64,000 bases of DNA from Candidatus Entotheonellaceae bacterium (GCA_965238075.1 OZ250173.1:928001-992000), one strand, 5' to 3'. Counted from the stretch's first letter, positions 30,425-40,875 are shown. Notes: generated by a model not told the origin, from the letters alone. Numbers and translations are program-made.

Positions 30425-31747
30425 TTACAACGTGAAGGTAAAATCCCGCACCAGGACGCCGGGAACCCGGCTGCTGCCGGTGGAGCGGCGGCGATAGGTG
30501 CCGCCGTCCAGCAGGAAGGCTCGCGCGTCCGTCAGCCCCAACAGGTTGTCCCCCAACATTCGATAGATGGACTCGTCGAAGCGCATGACGTTCAAGGGCG
30601 CTTGGATCGTGCCGTTTTCGACCCAGAAGGTGGCAAAGCGGGTCATGCCGGTGATGCGAGCCGAGGCGCGGTCGGAGTAGTTGAGGTACCAGACGTTATT
30701 GACGTAGAGGCCAGTGTCGAGCTGGGCCAGGACCTGCTGCGCCGGCACTTGGCCAGCCGCCATGTCCATGGATTCGGGCGCCTCGCCGCTGCCGGCACCG
30801 TTGGTGGGCACGCCGTATTCCTTGGCCGAGCGCGCGGAGACCAAGCAATCGCCCAATCCGCCGGCGTCTATCAGGATAACTTCGTCGGGCTTGATAAAGC
30901 CGGCGGCGTCGAAATTCGGCGCCACACCCTCGCGGGTATTCTCGCGCAGCATGACCTCCGGGTGCAGGCGCTGGTTCGATTCCGTCATTTTCAACAAGGC
31001 GGTCTTCTTGGTGCGATGCGCCTTGAGGCCGAAGCCGCCCCAGGCCAGCATGTCGAGGATGTCGGCGACCGCGGCCGGCGCCAGGTAGACCCGATAGTTC
31101 CCCGGCGGGACGGTCTGTGGTGGCCGGCCCAGGGCTTCCAGTTGCGCCGCGGCGGCGTCCACTTGGCGATCGAAGGCATCGGCTTCCCAGCACAAACCGG
31201 CATAGGCGGTTTTGACGGCCTTGTCGCCCTGAAAATAAAAGCTCCAATCGCAGTTGAAATTGTAGCTGGCGAACCAGTTACGCTGTCCGAAGGCATTGGC
31301 AAAACCCACGTAAATTCCCCCGGCAGCGTACAGGCCAACGAGGTCGCGTCCACGCCCGGCCCGCAGAATGGCGTCCACCGCCTCGGCGCGTTCCGGCAAC
31401 TCGCTGCGACCCGCCGCGGTGCTGGAGCGCACCTCGGTGGCGTAGAGCAGGTGCGGGTCTTCGGGGAGAAACGGCAATTGCTCCCGCAGCCCCTCCAGCA
31501 ATCGGGTGACGCGGACGCCGTCCTGTTGCAGGTCGCCCGACAGGACCACATTGCCGGCGGCGTGTCGTTGCCCCTCGATGAGGTCAAGACTCAGGGCGCG
31601 CTGGCGCACGGTGCCCGCCTGCCGCACGGCGCTGCGGTTGAAGCGCACGAAGTCGGAATCCTCGCCGCGAAAGGTGCAGGTATACACTTCCCGGCCGCGC
31701 AGGTGGGCGGTGATGGTGTCCGCCAAGGCGTGAAAATAATCCTGCAT
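30425..31747 (-). CDS. tldE: TldE/PmbA family protein
   Basis: FVRFNRS, PPGNYRVYLAP.AV, WYLNYSDR...ITGMTR; adjacent to tldD. Confidence 0.88.
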   Translation of the reverse strand: MQDYFHALADTITAHLRGREVYTCTFRGEDSDFVRFNRSAVRQAGTVRQRALSLDLIEGQRHAAGNVVLSGDLQQDGVRVTRLLEGLREQLPFLPEDPHLLYATEVRSSTAAGRSELPERAEAVDAILRAGRGRDLVGLYAAGGIYVGFANAFGQRNWFASYNFNCDWSFYFQGDKAVKTAYAGLCWEADAFDRQVDAAAAQLEALGRPPQTVPPGNYRVYLAPAAVADILDMLAWGGFGLKAHRTKKTALLKMTESNQRLHPEVMLRENTREGVAPNFDAAGFIKPDEVILIDAGGLGDCLVSARSAKEYGVPTNGAGSGEAPESMDMAAGQVPAQQVLAQLDTGLYVNNVWYLNYSDRASARITGMTRFATFWVENGTIQAPLNVMRFDESIYRMLGDNLLGLTDARAFLLDGGTYRRRSTGSSRVPGVLVRDFTFTL

Positions 31748-31753
31748 CGCGTC

Positions 31754-33187
31754 CTATTCTCCCCCGAAAACCTCAACGTTGGTGAACAGGCAGGCCGGGG
31801 AGGCGTGCCCGACGCGGATCATCTGATTGGGCTCGCCTTTGCCGCAGAACGGCGTCCCCATGATTTCCAGGGTGCCCCGGTTGCCCACCATCGCCAGATC
31901 GCGCCAGAAGGTCGCCGAAATGCCGCGGTAGTTCGGCTTCTTCACCACCGTGGTGAGGCGCCCGTCCTCGATCAACTGCCCCCACTCGCAGCCGAACTGG
32001 AATTTGTTGCGCGAGTCGTCGATGGACCAGGAGCAGTTCGTCCGCATCAAAATGCCGCGCTGCATGGCGGCGATCATGGCGTCGAGGCTAGCGTCGCCCG
32101 GCTCGAGGTTGAGGTTCGCCATGCGGTCAATCGGCGGCCGGTTCCAGCTACAGGCGCGGGAAGTCGCCACCCCCGGCACATCGGCGCGCACCTGCGAGGT
32201 GAGGCCGCCGAGGGCACGCTGCAGGATGCCATTTCGGATGAGGTAGGCGTGCTGCGCCGGCTGGCCGTCGTCGTCGAAGCCGTAACTGGCGAACGCTTCC
32301 GGCTGCGTGGGATCGAAGGTGACGTTCAGGAGGTCGGAGCCGTAGCGGTAAGTGCCAAACATGTCGGGGGTGACGAAGCTGGTGCCGGCGTAGTTTCTCT
32401 CGTCGCCGAGGATGCGGTCGAGTTCCAGCGGGTGACCGATCGACTCGTGGATTTGCAGAATCATCTGGTCAGGCGCCAGCAGCACGTCCATGGTACCGGA
32501 GGGGCAATTGGGCGCCAGAAGGAGTTGGATGGCTTCCTCGGCAATACGCGGCGCGGCTTGACGGAAGCCGAGATGGTCGAGGACCTCAAGGCCGCCCTGG
32601 CGGCAATAGCCGCGTCCGCCGAAGGTGCGGGTCTGCGTTTCCGGGCCGTCATTGGCGGTGGCGCTGAGCGACGGCACGAGGGTGCGGAACGATTGGTGCA
32701 CGCGCCCGCCGTCGGCAGTGAGGTAAAGGGTATCAACGTCGGTGTGCCACAGCGAAGCGTCCCAATCGACAATGCGCGGGTCGATGTTAAGGCGGGCACA
32801 TTCGCGTTGCAGCAGGTCGATCTTGTCCGCCAACGGGACGTTTTGCCAAGGTTCGACCTCCGGGCTGGCGTAGTCGCCCTTGGGCGGCTCCATGACAATT
32901 TTCGAAAAGTCCACCACGCTGTGGGCGGCACTTTCGCGGGCCCACTGACGCGCCTCGTCAACCGCCTGGCGCAGGCCGCTCGGGCTCAGATCGCTGGTGG
33001 CGGCGTAGCCCATACCGCCGCCGTCCCACACGGTGAGCATGGCGCCGCGGTCCTCAGAAGTGACGACCGGCTGCAGCACGTCCTGCCGCACCGCGAGAAG
33101 CTCGGAGCGCTCGCTGACCAGGCGCAAGGAGCAGAAATCAACGGCCGGAACGACCTGACGAAAGTGCGCTTCGATGGGATCGGACAT
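31754..33187 (-). CDS. tldD: TldD family metalloprotease
   Basis: HESIGHPLELDR, FDDDG, PIDRMANLNL, WSIDD.R.KFQFG, CGKGEP. Confidence 0.92.
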   Translation of the reverse strand: MSDPIEAHFRQVVPAVDFCSLRLVSERSELLAVRQDVLQPVVTSEDRGAMLTVWDGGGMGYAATSDLSPSGLRQAVDEARQWARESAAHSVVDFSKIVMEPPKGDYASPEVEPWQNVPLADKIDLLQRECARLNIDPRIVDWDASLWHTDVDTLYLTADGGRVHQSFRTLVPSLSATANDGPETQTRTFGGRGYCRQGGLEVLDHLGFRQAAPRIAEEAIQLLLAPNCPSGTMDVLLAPDQMILQIHESIGHPLELDRILGDERNYAGTSFVTPDMFGTYRYGSDLLNVTFDPTQPEAFASYGFDDDGQPAQHAYLIRNGILQRALGGLTSQVRADVPGVATSRACSWNRPPIDRMANLNLEPGDASLDAMIAAMQRGILMRTNCSWSIDDSRNKFQFGCEWGQLIEDGRLTTVVKKPNYRGISATFWRDLAMVGNRGTLEIMGTPFCGKGEPNQMIRVGHASPACLFTNVEVFGGE

Positions 33188-33286
33188 GACACAACTCCTC
33201 TGCGGCGCAGGGTTCAGCTTGTCCGCCGGTGCGGCGCCTAGTAGACTGGGTGCAGGTCAACACCTTGAATTAGAAACCATTGTAGC

Positions 33287-34852
33287 ATGCAAACAAGCTC
33301 CCGAGCAGTTGTTCCACCCACCACCGAAAACGCCCCGCCTTATCCTCCCGGCTACGTTTTCTGGTCCATGACGTCCATCGTCCTGGGCGGCTATATCAGT
33401 GTCCTCAATGTGCACGTGATCAACATCGTCATCCCCAACATGATGAGCGATTTGAGCACCGACGTGGTGACCATCCGCTGGGTGGTCACGGCATTCATGC
33501 TGGCCAACGCGGTGGTAATTCCGCTCGTTGGCTGGATCAGCCGGACGCTGGGCACCCGCGAATTGTACATCGTCGGGCTGGCGATATTCACCGGCAGCGC
33601 GGTGCTGTGCAGCCTGGTGGGCAACGTCTGGGTACTGGTCGGCCTGCGCGTCGTGCAGGGGCTCGGCGGCGGCGTCATCATGCCGGTAACCATGCTATTG
33701 ATGCTGGACATCTTCCCAGCGGAAAAGCGCGGCCTGGGCACGGCCATCTGGGGCATGGGGGCGTCGTGCGGCGCGCTCACGGGCATTCCGCTGGGGGGCT
33801 TCGTCACCGACTGGCTGAGCTGGCGCGCCGCGTTCTTCATCAACCTGCCGGCGGGAATTGTGGCGCTGCTGATCGCCATCTTCATCATGCGCCGGTCGCC
33901 GCGCCAGTCGGGCGTACCGCTTGACTGGTGGGGATTTCTGACGCTGTCCACCGCCCTGGTAACCCTGCTCCTGGCGCTGAGTGACGGCCAGCGCCTGGGA
34001 TGGGACAGTATTCGGATCGTCACGTTGTTCGGCATCTGCGGCCTGGCTTCGCTGGCGTTTTTACTGCTTGAGTCGTACGTCAGCGTGCCGTTGATCGACC
34101 TCAGCACGTTTCGCAGCCGGCCCTACGCCATCGCGATTGTCCTCAGCCTGATTGCCGGCGCGATGTTCAACGGCGGACCGTTTCTGCTGTCGCTGTTCCT
34201 GCAGCAGGCGTACGACCTGTCGGTGTGGCACACGGCGTTGATCATGTTCCCCAGCTCGGCGTCCATGGTCCTGTTTACCTCGGTCACCGGCTGGGCCAGC
34301 GACCGCATTGACACGCGTGTACTGATGGTGCTGGGCTACCTGTGCTACGGCACCTTCGGAGCGCTGATGATGTTCGCCGATCTGAGGTTGTCGCTGCTGG
34401 CCATCTTGCTGATTTACTTTGGCCGCGGACTGGGGCTGGGGCTGTCCTATCCGGTGCTCTATCCGGTCGGCATCAGCGGCCTGCCGGCGGCGCAGGCGAA
34501 AACGGCGACCACGATCCTCAACCTGTGCATCGTGCTCGGCGGCGCGCTGGTGGTGTCGCTGCTGGCGGCTCTGCTGGATCAGCGGCATCAGATCCACCAA
34601 GCAATGTTGGCCGAGACGCAGGCATTGCCGGCGGTCGGGACGCAACACGGGCTGCGGGTGTTTGAAATGCTCGCCGCGCAACTCGACGGCGCGGCGGCGC
34701 CGGCAACCCAAGCCAAATTCCTGCTGGGCCGTTTCGTCAACCAGGAGGCGCTGTTGTTGGCCTTCAACGATTGCTTCTCGGTGTTCGTGGTGATTTCGCT
34801 GGCCGGTATTGTGTTGGCGCTATTCTTCCGGCGGGCGTCACAGCGGTTTTGA
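33287..34852 (+). CDS. DHA2 (EmrB/QacA) MFS efflux permease
   Basis: WVVTAFMLA, LRVVQGLGGG, SWRAAFFINLP, AFNDCF. Confidence 0.9.
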   Translation: MQTSSRAVVPPTTENAPPYPPGYVFWSMTSIVLGGYISVLNVHVINIVIPNMMSDLSTDVVTIRWVVTAFMLANAVVIPLVGWISRTLGTRELYIVGLAIFTGSAVLCSLVGNVWVLVGLRVVQGLGGGVIMPVTMLLMLDIFPAEKRGLGTAIWGMGASCGALTGIPLGGFVTDWLSWRAAFFINLPAGIVALLIAIFIMRRSPRQSGVPLDWWGFLTLSTALVTLLLALSDGQRLGWDSIRIVTLFGICGLASLAFLLLESYVSVPLIDLSTFRSRPYAIAIVLSLIAGAMFNGGPFLLSLFLQQAYDLSVWHTALIMFPSSASMVLFTSVTGWASDRIDTRVLMVLGYLCYGTFGALMMFADLRLSLLAILLIYFGRGLGLGLSYPVLYPVGISGLPAAQAKTATTILNLCIVLGGALVVSLLAALLDQRHQIHQAMLAETQALPAVGTQHGLRVFEMLAAQLDGAAAPATQAKFLLGRFVNQEALLLAFNDCFSVFVVISLAGIVLALFFRRASQRF

Positions 34853-36628
34853 GGCGTTCCCGCAAGCAGGGAACGGCTCCGCCGGCCCCGCCAGCCAGGC
34901 AGCCCTGCGAGCCAACTGAGCGTCGCCAGCGTCGGGATGCGGCTCCAGTTTCCAGACATTCGGCGGTTCGGCTTCAAGGACAATATCGAGCCGCCGCAGG
35001 CGGTCGCGGCGGGCGATGAGCACGGACACGCGGATGCCGGATTGGTACTGCTTGAGCCGTGCTTTCCACTGGTCCGGCAGTACACGATCGTCGTCAACGG
35101 CCAGGATTTCGTCGTCAACGTTAAAGCCGGCGTGCCAGCCTGGCGTTTCGCGCCGCACCTGCGAAACCAGCAGGCGGCCCCGAACGACGCGCGTCTCCAG
35201 GCCGGTCCAGCCTCCCGCTACGCAAGACGCCTTATCCGAGGCGAAGCGCAGCCCCAGCCAATTCAAGGCCTCCGTGTAGTCCAATTCCGCCGTGGTTTCC
35301 AACGTGCTGACGAACCAATCCTGCAGGGATATTTTCGCCACCTCTTGCGCCACGGCGCGGAATTCTTCACGGGTAAAACCCCGTACCCCCGAATAACGCG
35401 TGTAAGCCAGTCGCAGCACGTCGTCGAGGTTGTTGGCATCGTCCGTGGCGGCGCGGATTTTGGCGTCCAGCAGGAAGGCGACGACGGCACCCTTGGTGTA
35501 GTAACTGATGGTGGTGTTGGGGGAATTCTCGTCACTGCGATAGAGCTTGACCCAGGCGTCGTACGAGGCCATCTCCAAGGGGTGGACGAGCCGCCCGGGG
35601 GTGGTCTGCAAGCGCCGGGTCAGGCCGGAAAGGCCGTCGAGGAATTCCGCATCGCTGCACAGCCCGGCGCGCCGCACGCCCAGCCCGGTGTAGTAGGCCG
35701 TAACGCCTTCGGCGATCCACAGGTTTTTGGTATATACTTCGCGCTCATAATCAAAAGGCCCTAATTCCACCGGACGCAGCCGCTTGACGTTCCAGACATG
35801 GAAGTATTCGTGGCTCACCAATCGCAGCCAATCGAGATAGGGCTCGCGACCGCGGGTGTTCCAGCGATTGGTCATCAGTACGGTGGAATTATGGTGTTCG
35901 AGACCGCCGCCGGCCTGCGTGAGCAAATTCAGGAAGAGGTATTGGTCATAAGGCAGGCGCCCGCCCCACATGCGCCAATGGGCGTGCACGATTTTTTCCG
36001 TGTCCGTGGCCGAACACGGGCCGTCCCATACACCGGCTTCGCCCTCGTTGACCAGATAGTGCGGCTTGCCGTCAACCTCGAACGTGTGAACGGCAGGGTT
36101 GCCGGCGAGGATGGGCGTATCGACGAGCGTGTCGAAATCGGTAGCTCGGTAGCCGTGCTCACCGAGTTCGTGCCTGGCGGGCAGGCCGGTCATGATCGTT
36201 GCCCAGTTTGGCGGCGGGATCACTTGCACGTCATGGGGTCTGGGCCCGTCCTCCACGAGGGTCAGGAACGTCGGGGCGCCATTGAGCAGGGCGAAATCGG
36301 CCTCGACCCAGTTGGTGCGAACGGACATTTCGCGGCAGTAGACGCGGTAGGTCACGCGCACCGGATCGGCGGCGCCAGTGTCGACGCGCCAGCGGTTCTT
36401 GCTGATTTTCTCAACGGACAGCGGTTGGCCGTCAACGGCCTCGGCTTCCACGGCTTCGACGTGGCGGGCGTATTCCCGAACAAGATAGGAGCCGGGCGTC
36501 CACACGGCCATGCGGAGGTCGACGGTGGGCCGCCCGCCCGTGGGAATCGTCATGGCCACCTCGACGTAGTGGGTATGCGGGGCCGGGAATTGCAACGTAT
36601 AGTGCAGTGGTTCGGGTGCGTTGAGCAT
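34838..36628 (-). CDS. M61 glycyl aminopeptidase family with C-terminal PDZ
   Basis: WTPGSYLVREY, GGGLEH, SHEYFHVWNVKR, WIAEGVT.YY, SYYTKG. Confidence 0.93.
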   Translation of the reverse strand: MLNAPEPLHYTLQFPAPHTHYVEVAMTIPTGGRPTVDLRMAVWTPGSYLVREYARHVEAVEAEAVDGQPLSVEKISKNRWRVDTGAADPVRVTYRVYCREMSVRTNWVEADFALLNGAPTFLTLVEDGPRPHDVQVIPPPNWATIMTGLPARHELGEHGYRATDFDTLVDTPILAGNPAVHTFEVDGKPHYLVNEGEAGVWDGPCSATDTEKIVHAHWRMWGGRLPYDQYLFLNLLTQAGGGLEHHNSTVLMTNRWNTRGREPYLDWLRLVSHEYFHVWNVKRLRPVELGPFDYEREVYTKNLWIAEGVTAYYTGLGVRRAGLCSDAEFLDGLSGLTRRLQTTPGRLVHPLEMASYDAWVKLYRSDENSPNTTISYYTKGAVVAFLLDAKIRAATDDANNLDDVLRLAYTRYSGVRGFTREEFRAVAQEVAKISLQDWFVSTLETTAELDYTEALNWLGLRFASDKASCVAGGWTGLETRVVRGRLLVSQVRRETPGWHAGFNVDDEILAVDDDRVLPDQWKARLKQYQSGIRVSVLIARRDRLRRLDIVLEAEPPNVWKLEPHPDAGDAQLARRAAWLAGPAEPFPACGNASKPL

Positions 36629-36786
36629 GGTAACTCCAGCGGTGCGGCGGCCCCCCGGATATGTGCCGAGGGCAAGGTTCCGGGCCGGTTGGTCGTCTCT
36701 GATGGGCAAAGCGGCCTAGCTTACGCCGTGCGGGGCCGGCGCAGCAAGGCCGCGATCGCTATCGGGCCACAGAAAGGTGTGATGAC

Positions 36787-38328
36787 GTGAAGGAATACTG
36801 GATGACAAGGCGCTTCTGGGCGGGACTCGTCGTGATTGCCGCCTGCGTTGGCTTGGCTGGCGACCTGTTGGCGTTCTCGGTCGGAGAAATTGATGTGCAG
36901 AGCGCCGCAAATGAGCCGTTCCGCGCCGAAGTGCCTTTCGTTCTGGAGCCCCACGAACGCGACAGGGACCTCGAAGTACTGATCGGAACGCCACAGGATT
37001 ACCAGCTTGAGAAACTCCCGCGGGCGCCCATCCTCGAACACATGCACGTCATTGTGGCCCCGGACAAGCGGGACACGGTACGTATTTTCTCGAACGTGCC
37101 CATCACGGACGAAGTCTTTGACCTGATCGTGCTGGTGCGCTCGGGAAAGCTGACCTTCGTGCGCCATTACCACGTCGAGCTGACCGAGGCGGCGACCCCA
37201 GAGGCGCAACAGACCACCGTCGTGGGGCCGGTCGTCCGCCAGGCTAACGTTGACCCAATCCCGTCCCCGCAGCCCACCGCTCCTTCCCCACCGCCTGCAA
37301 CGGCGCCCGAACCCGTCACGCCGCCTACGCTGCCGCGCGTTGAAGCGCAAGCCGATTTGCCCGATCTCTACGGACCGATCCGGCAGGGCGAAACGATGTA
37401 CAACATCGTCAGCAAGCTCGACGTGCCCAAGGACCAGATCTGGCAAGCGGTCGTGCTGCTCTGGTCTTTCAATCACGGGGAGTTTGTGCGCGGAAACCTG
37501 CATGGTTTGCGGCTCGGAGCCTACCTGGAAATACCGGGGGATCTTGCCGAGCGGCTGGGCGGTATGAATAAGGAAGCGTCCCAGCAAATCATTCATGGCC
37601 AGTGGCAGGCTTGGCGGCGACGACGCGGGACCACCGCCGCGCAGGTGCTCGCTATGACGGCGGAACTAGCCGTAGAGAAACCAGAACCTGCTGCGGAGAC
37701 TCATGAAGAACCCGTCGACGCCCAGGTCCCGCAATCCGTTGCAACAACCCAGGTAGCCGAGGCGGAAATCCCGCCCGAGGAGCCCGCCCCCGACGACAGC
37801 GCCGCTTCCATTGCACCCCAGCAAGCCCCCGCGATGCCCCCAGTGGCTGAAGTGGCTCCCCCGCCCGAGGAACCCGTTCCCGATGACAGCACCGCCGCGG
37901 TTGCACCCCCGCAAGTCGTGCGGCTGCCCACGGATGAGGGATCGTCTTTTGTCAGCACGCAGGAGTTGAAATTGCTCCTGGGAAATCTGGAAAATCGCCT
38001 GTTGCGCCGTCTGGCGCCCGTGCAGGAACCCCGCGGAACGGCCCCGTTCGTGAGTCCGATGGAGCTTCAAGTATCGCTGCAGGATTTGGAGAGCCGTCTC
38101 ACTCGACGGGTTGAGCAGATGGTCACCCAAGGGGGAGCGCCGCCATACCGCGAACCGTCCGCACAACCGAGCCCGGCGCCCATGCCGCCCGGCAGCTTCG
38201 AGTTTATCGCCGGTATACAGATGCCGCCCGTGGCTTACCTTCTAACCCTGATCAACGTGGTTCTGCTGGTGTTCGGCTTGACCCTGGGCTGGCGCTGGTG
38301 GAAGCAGAACGCCAAGGGCGAGGCGTAG
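36787..38328 (+). CDS. FimV-like periplasmic protein (signal peptide, FimV N-domain, LysM-like, Pro-rich linker, C-terminal TM)
   Basis: VGEIDVQSAANEPFRAEV, YGPIRQGETMYNI, F..GNLHGLRLGAYLEIP, Q..AW. Confidence 0.8.
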   Translation: MKEYWMTRRFWAGLVVIAACVGLAGDLLAFSVGEIDVQSAANEPFRAEVPFVLEPHERDRDLEVLIGTPQDYQLEKLPRAPILEHMHVIVAPDKRDTVRIFSNVPITDEVFDLIVLVRSGKLTFVRHYHVELTEAATPEAQQTTVVGPVVRQANVDPIPSPQPTAPSPPPATAPEPVTPPTLPRVEAQADLPDLYGPIRQGETMYNIVSKLDVPKDQIWQAVVLLWSFNHGEFVRGNLHGLRLGAYLEIPGDLAERLGGMNKEASQQIIHGQWQAWRRRRGTTAAQVLAMTAELAVEKPEPAAETHEEPVDAQVPQSVATTQVAEAEIPPEEPAPDDSAASIAPQQAPAMPPVAEVAPPPEEPVPDDSTAAVAPPQVVRLPTDEGSSFVSTQELKLLLGNLENRLLRRLAPVQEPRGTAPFVSPMELQVSLQDLESRLTRRVEQMVTQGGAPPYREPSAQPSPAPMPPGSFEFIAGIQMPPVAYLLTLINVVLLVFGLTLGWRWWKQNAKGEA

Positions 38329-38353
38329 GGCGCTTGTCGCCGGTACGCTCGGA

Positions 38354-39712
38354 TTACGGGGTGGGACTGCCGGAAAGCAGATCAAGCAGGCCGGTTTCAT
38401 CCAGTTGCTGCTGCATGCCGGAAGCCAGATGCTTCAGGGTGTATTTCTGCTGGGCGAGTTCATCGGAACCGATGATCAGCGCGTAGGGTATCTGCAAGTC
38501 GTCCACCGTGGCGAGTTGGCGGCCCAACTTGGATTGTTCCGGATACAATTCAACCCTGACGCCACCCTGGCGCAGCCGCGAAGCCAGCCCGACAACGGGT
38601 GCTAACGGCGTCTCGGGCAATGGGCAGATCATGACTTCGGCGGACATGGGCAAGGCCGGAAACAGGCCCTTTTCGTCCATGAGCAGAAGGATGCGCTCGA
38701 GGCCGAGTGAGAAGCCGACCGCCGGGACCTGCTTGCCGCTGAACATGCCAACCAGATTGTCGTATCGCCCGCCGCCGCCCAGCGAGCCGCTGAAGTCGCT
38801 GGAAACGACTTCGAAGATGGGCCCCGTGTAATAGCTCAAACCACGCGCCAATCCCGGCATCAACCGCAGCAGGGGGGCGCTGGGTGCTTCGGCGGTGAGA
38901 CAGAAGAGGTTTTCCAAGTCATCGAGGGCCTGTTGGGCGGGCGTCAAGGGGAGAAGATCGCGCAACGCCTTGAGCCGCTGGGCATTGTCGCTTCCCTCGG
39001 ACACGACGGTACAATCCAGCAGGTGGCGCGCTGCCGGCGCCGGAATGCCGCGCTCGACGAGTTCATCCTGCACCCCGTCCACGCCGATTTTGTCCAGCTT
39101 GTCGATGGCCACCAAGGCGGTTTCTTCCTGATCCGGCGCCAATCCAGCGACCTCAATCATGCTGCGTAACAGAACCCGGTGGTTGATGGCGATCGTGCAG
39201 TTGCGAAAGCCAAGGTCCTGCAGCACGTCGCTGATGGCGTTCAGCACCTCGGCTTCGGCGATCAGGGACCGGGTGCCAGTGACGTCCACGTCACACTGAT
39301 AAAACTCACGGAAACGGCCCTTGGCGGGCCGGTCGGCACGCCACACCGGCTGGATTTGGTAGCGTTTGAAGAAGCGGGGAAGCTGGTGCCCGTATTGGGC
39401 CACGACCCGCGCCAGCGGCACGGTCAGGTCGTAGCGCAATCCCAACTCCGCCAGGTCGGCCTGCTGCACCCCATCTTGGGCCAGGGCGCGGTTCAGCTTG
39501 TCGCCGCGATGCAGAATGCGGTACAGCAACTGGTCGCCCTCGTCTCCGTACTTGCCGATCAGCGTCGTCAGATTCTCCATTGTGGGGGTTTCCAGGGGTA
39601 GGAATCCGTACCGCTGGAAGATCCGTTCGGCCTTTGCCATGACATAACGACGCTTGCGGACGACTTCAGGCAGATAATCCCGCATGCCGCTTGGCGGCTT
39701 GGTGCTGACCAT
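38354..39712 (-). CDS. hisS: Histidine--tRNA ligase
   Basis: GMRDYLP, LRYDLTVP, WRADRP.KGRFREFYQCD, LARGLSYYTG, GGGRYD. Confidence 0.97.
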   Translation of the reverse strand: MVSTKPPSGMRDYLPEVVRKRRYVMAKAERIFQRYGFLPLETPTMENLTTLIGKYGDEGDQLLYRILHRGDKLNRALAQDGVQQADLAELGLRYDLTVPLARVVAQYGHQLPRFFKRYQIQPVWRADRPAKGRFREFYQCDVDVTGTRSLIAEAEVLNAISDVLQDLGFRNCTIAINHRVLLRSMIEVAGLAPDQEETALVAIDKLDKIGVDGVQDELVERGIPAPAARHLLDCTVVSEGSDNAQRLKALRDLLPLTPAQQALDDLENLFCLTAEAPSAPLLRLMPGLARGLSYYTGPIFEVVSSDFSGSLGGGGRYDNLVGMFSGKQVPAVGFSLGLERILLLMDEKGLFPALPMSAEVMICPLPETPLAPVVGLASRLRQGGVRVELYPEQSKLGRQLATVDDLQIPYALIIGSDELAQQKYTLKHLASGMQQQLDETGLLDLLSGSPTP

Positions 39713-39865
39713 GAATTTTCCCTTTTGGATTGGACGGCTGGACTTGGTTGGCAAGGCTGCATTATAAGGCATCAAAGCTTGCTAGCCAGCAGCGTTTGCA
39801 TAAGCGCCGGTGTTTAGGATATATACAGAATCTTCGCTTCAGGGCACGTTAAAGGAGGCCCGATC

Positions 39866-40345
39866 ATGCTGGGAAGACAGCCTGGGCTGGTATTCACAGT
39901 GGCGGTCGTCTTTTTGGCTTTGTTCACTGCGCCATCGGCACAGTCAACAAGCCACGGCGCGTTTCCCGGCCCCGAGTACGGCCCGACAGAGGTTGTCCGC
40001 ATACAGGTTCAAGCCCTTGCCAACAACGACACGCCGTACCCGAACGCCGGTATCGAGGTGGCGTTCCGGTTTGCTTCCCCGGCAAACAAGCGGGTTACCG
40101 GCCCCCTGTGGCGCTTCATCCGGCTACTTTATGACCCCACGTACCGACCGTTTTTGCACCACAAAGTCGCACACTTCGGGCAGGTTGATATCCAGGGTTC
40201 TGAGGCGACCCAAACCGTGATTCTGACAACGGCCGAGGGCCAGCGGGTGGGCTACGTCTTCCGCCTTTCCAAGCAGCGGGGAGCCCCGTGTAAAGCGTGC
40301 TGGATGACGGACGGCGTGTGGCGCATAGACTTGCAGGAAGCGTAG
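39866..40345 (+). CDS. Secreted DUF4864-like protein
   Basis: Signal peptide; EVVRIQVQAL..ND, AFRFASP.N, Y.F.LSKQ, CWMTDGV. Confidence 0.7.
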   Translation: MLGRQPGLVFTVAVVFLALFTAPSAQSTSHGAFPGPEYGPTEVVRIQVQALANNDTPYPNAGIEVAFRFASPANKRVTGPLWRFIRLLYDPTYRPFLHHKVAHFGQVDIQGSEATQTVILTTAEGQRVGYVFRLSKQRGAPCKACWMTDGVWRIDLQEA

Positions 40346-40366
40346 GCGCAGGAGAAAGGGGCCATC

Positions 40367-40806
40367 ATGAAATACCTGGTGCTGTTCGCTTTGGTTTTGG
40401 CAGCCGCGCGGCCTTGGCCGCCGACGGCTTTACCCAGCAGGATCGGGACCTGTTGATCGAATTGAAGGCACGCGTTGATCAATTCGAAAAGCGGATGGAT
40501 GAGCGTTTTGAAAAAGTCGACAAGCGCTTCGAGCAGGTCGACAAACGCTTTGAACAGGTCAACAATCGTTTCGGTGACATGTTCAACTACTTCTATATCC
40601 TGACCGGCATCTTTACGACCATCATGGTGGCGAACATCGGTTTCGCCTTCTGGGATCGGCGTACCATCATCCGGCAGGCGCGGCAGGAAGCAATCGAATT
40701 CATCGAGCGGGAAGTGTTATCGCGCCGACTGCTCGAAACCCTCCGCACGGTGGCTCAGGAGGATGCCAACTTAGCCGAAGCCATGCGCCGCTTTAATCTG
40801 CTCTAG
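40367..40806 (+). pseudogene. Signal-peptide coiled-coil membrane protein with RFEQVDK heptads, one apparent frameshift
   Basis: RBS and ATG at 40367 (MKYLVLFALVLAAA) joins frame of ALAADGFTQQD after one missing base near 40408; 21-bp repeats 40501-40570. Confidence 0.7.
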
Positions 40807-40875
40807 GCGCGGCCGTGAACCGCCGCCCCGCTCGACCGCGCGAAAGCCCTGCCGAGTGCCCTCTCGTCCCCCTGT

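Noticed and set aside
30602-33241. 879-aa plus-strand ORF and many other long antisense ORFs
   Set aside because: They shadow real genes (here tldD/tldE), as expected from GC-rich codon bias, and carry no recognisable motifs
40501-40570. 21-bp tandem repeat as a DNA element
   Set aside because: Differences are mostly at synonymous positions, so it is explained by the RFEQVDK coiled-coil heptads
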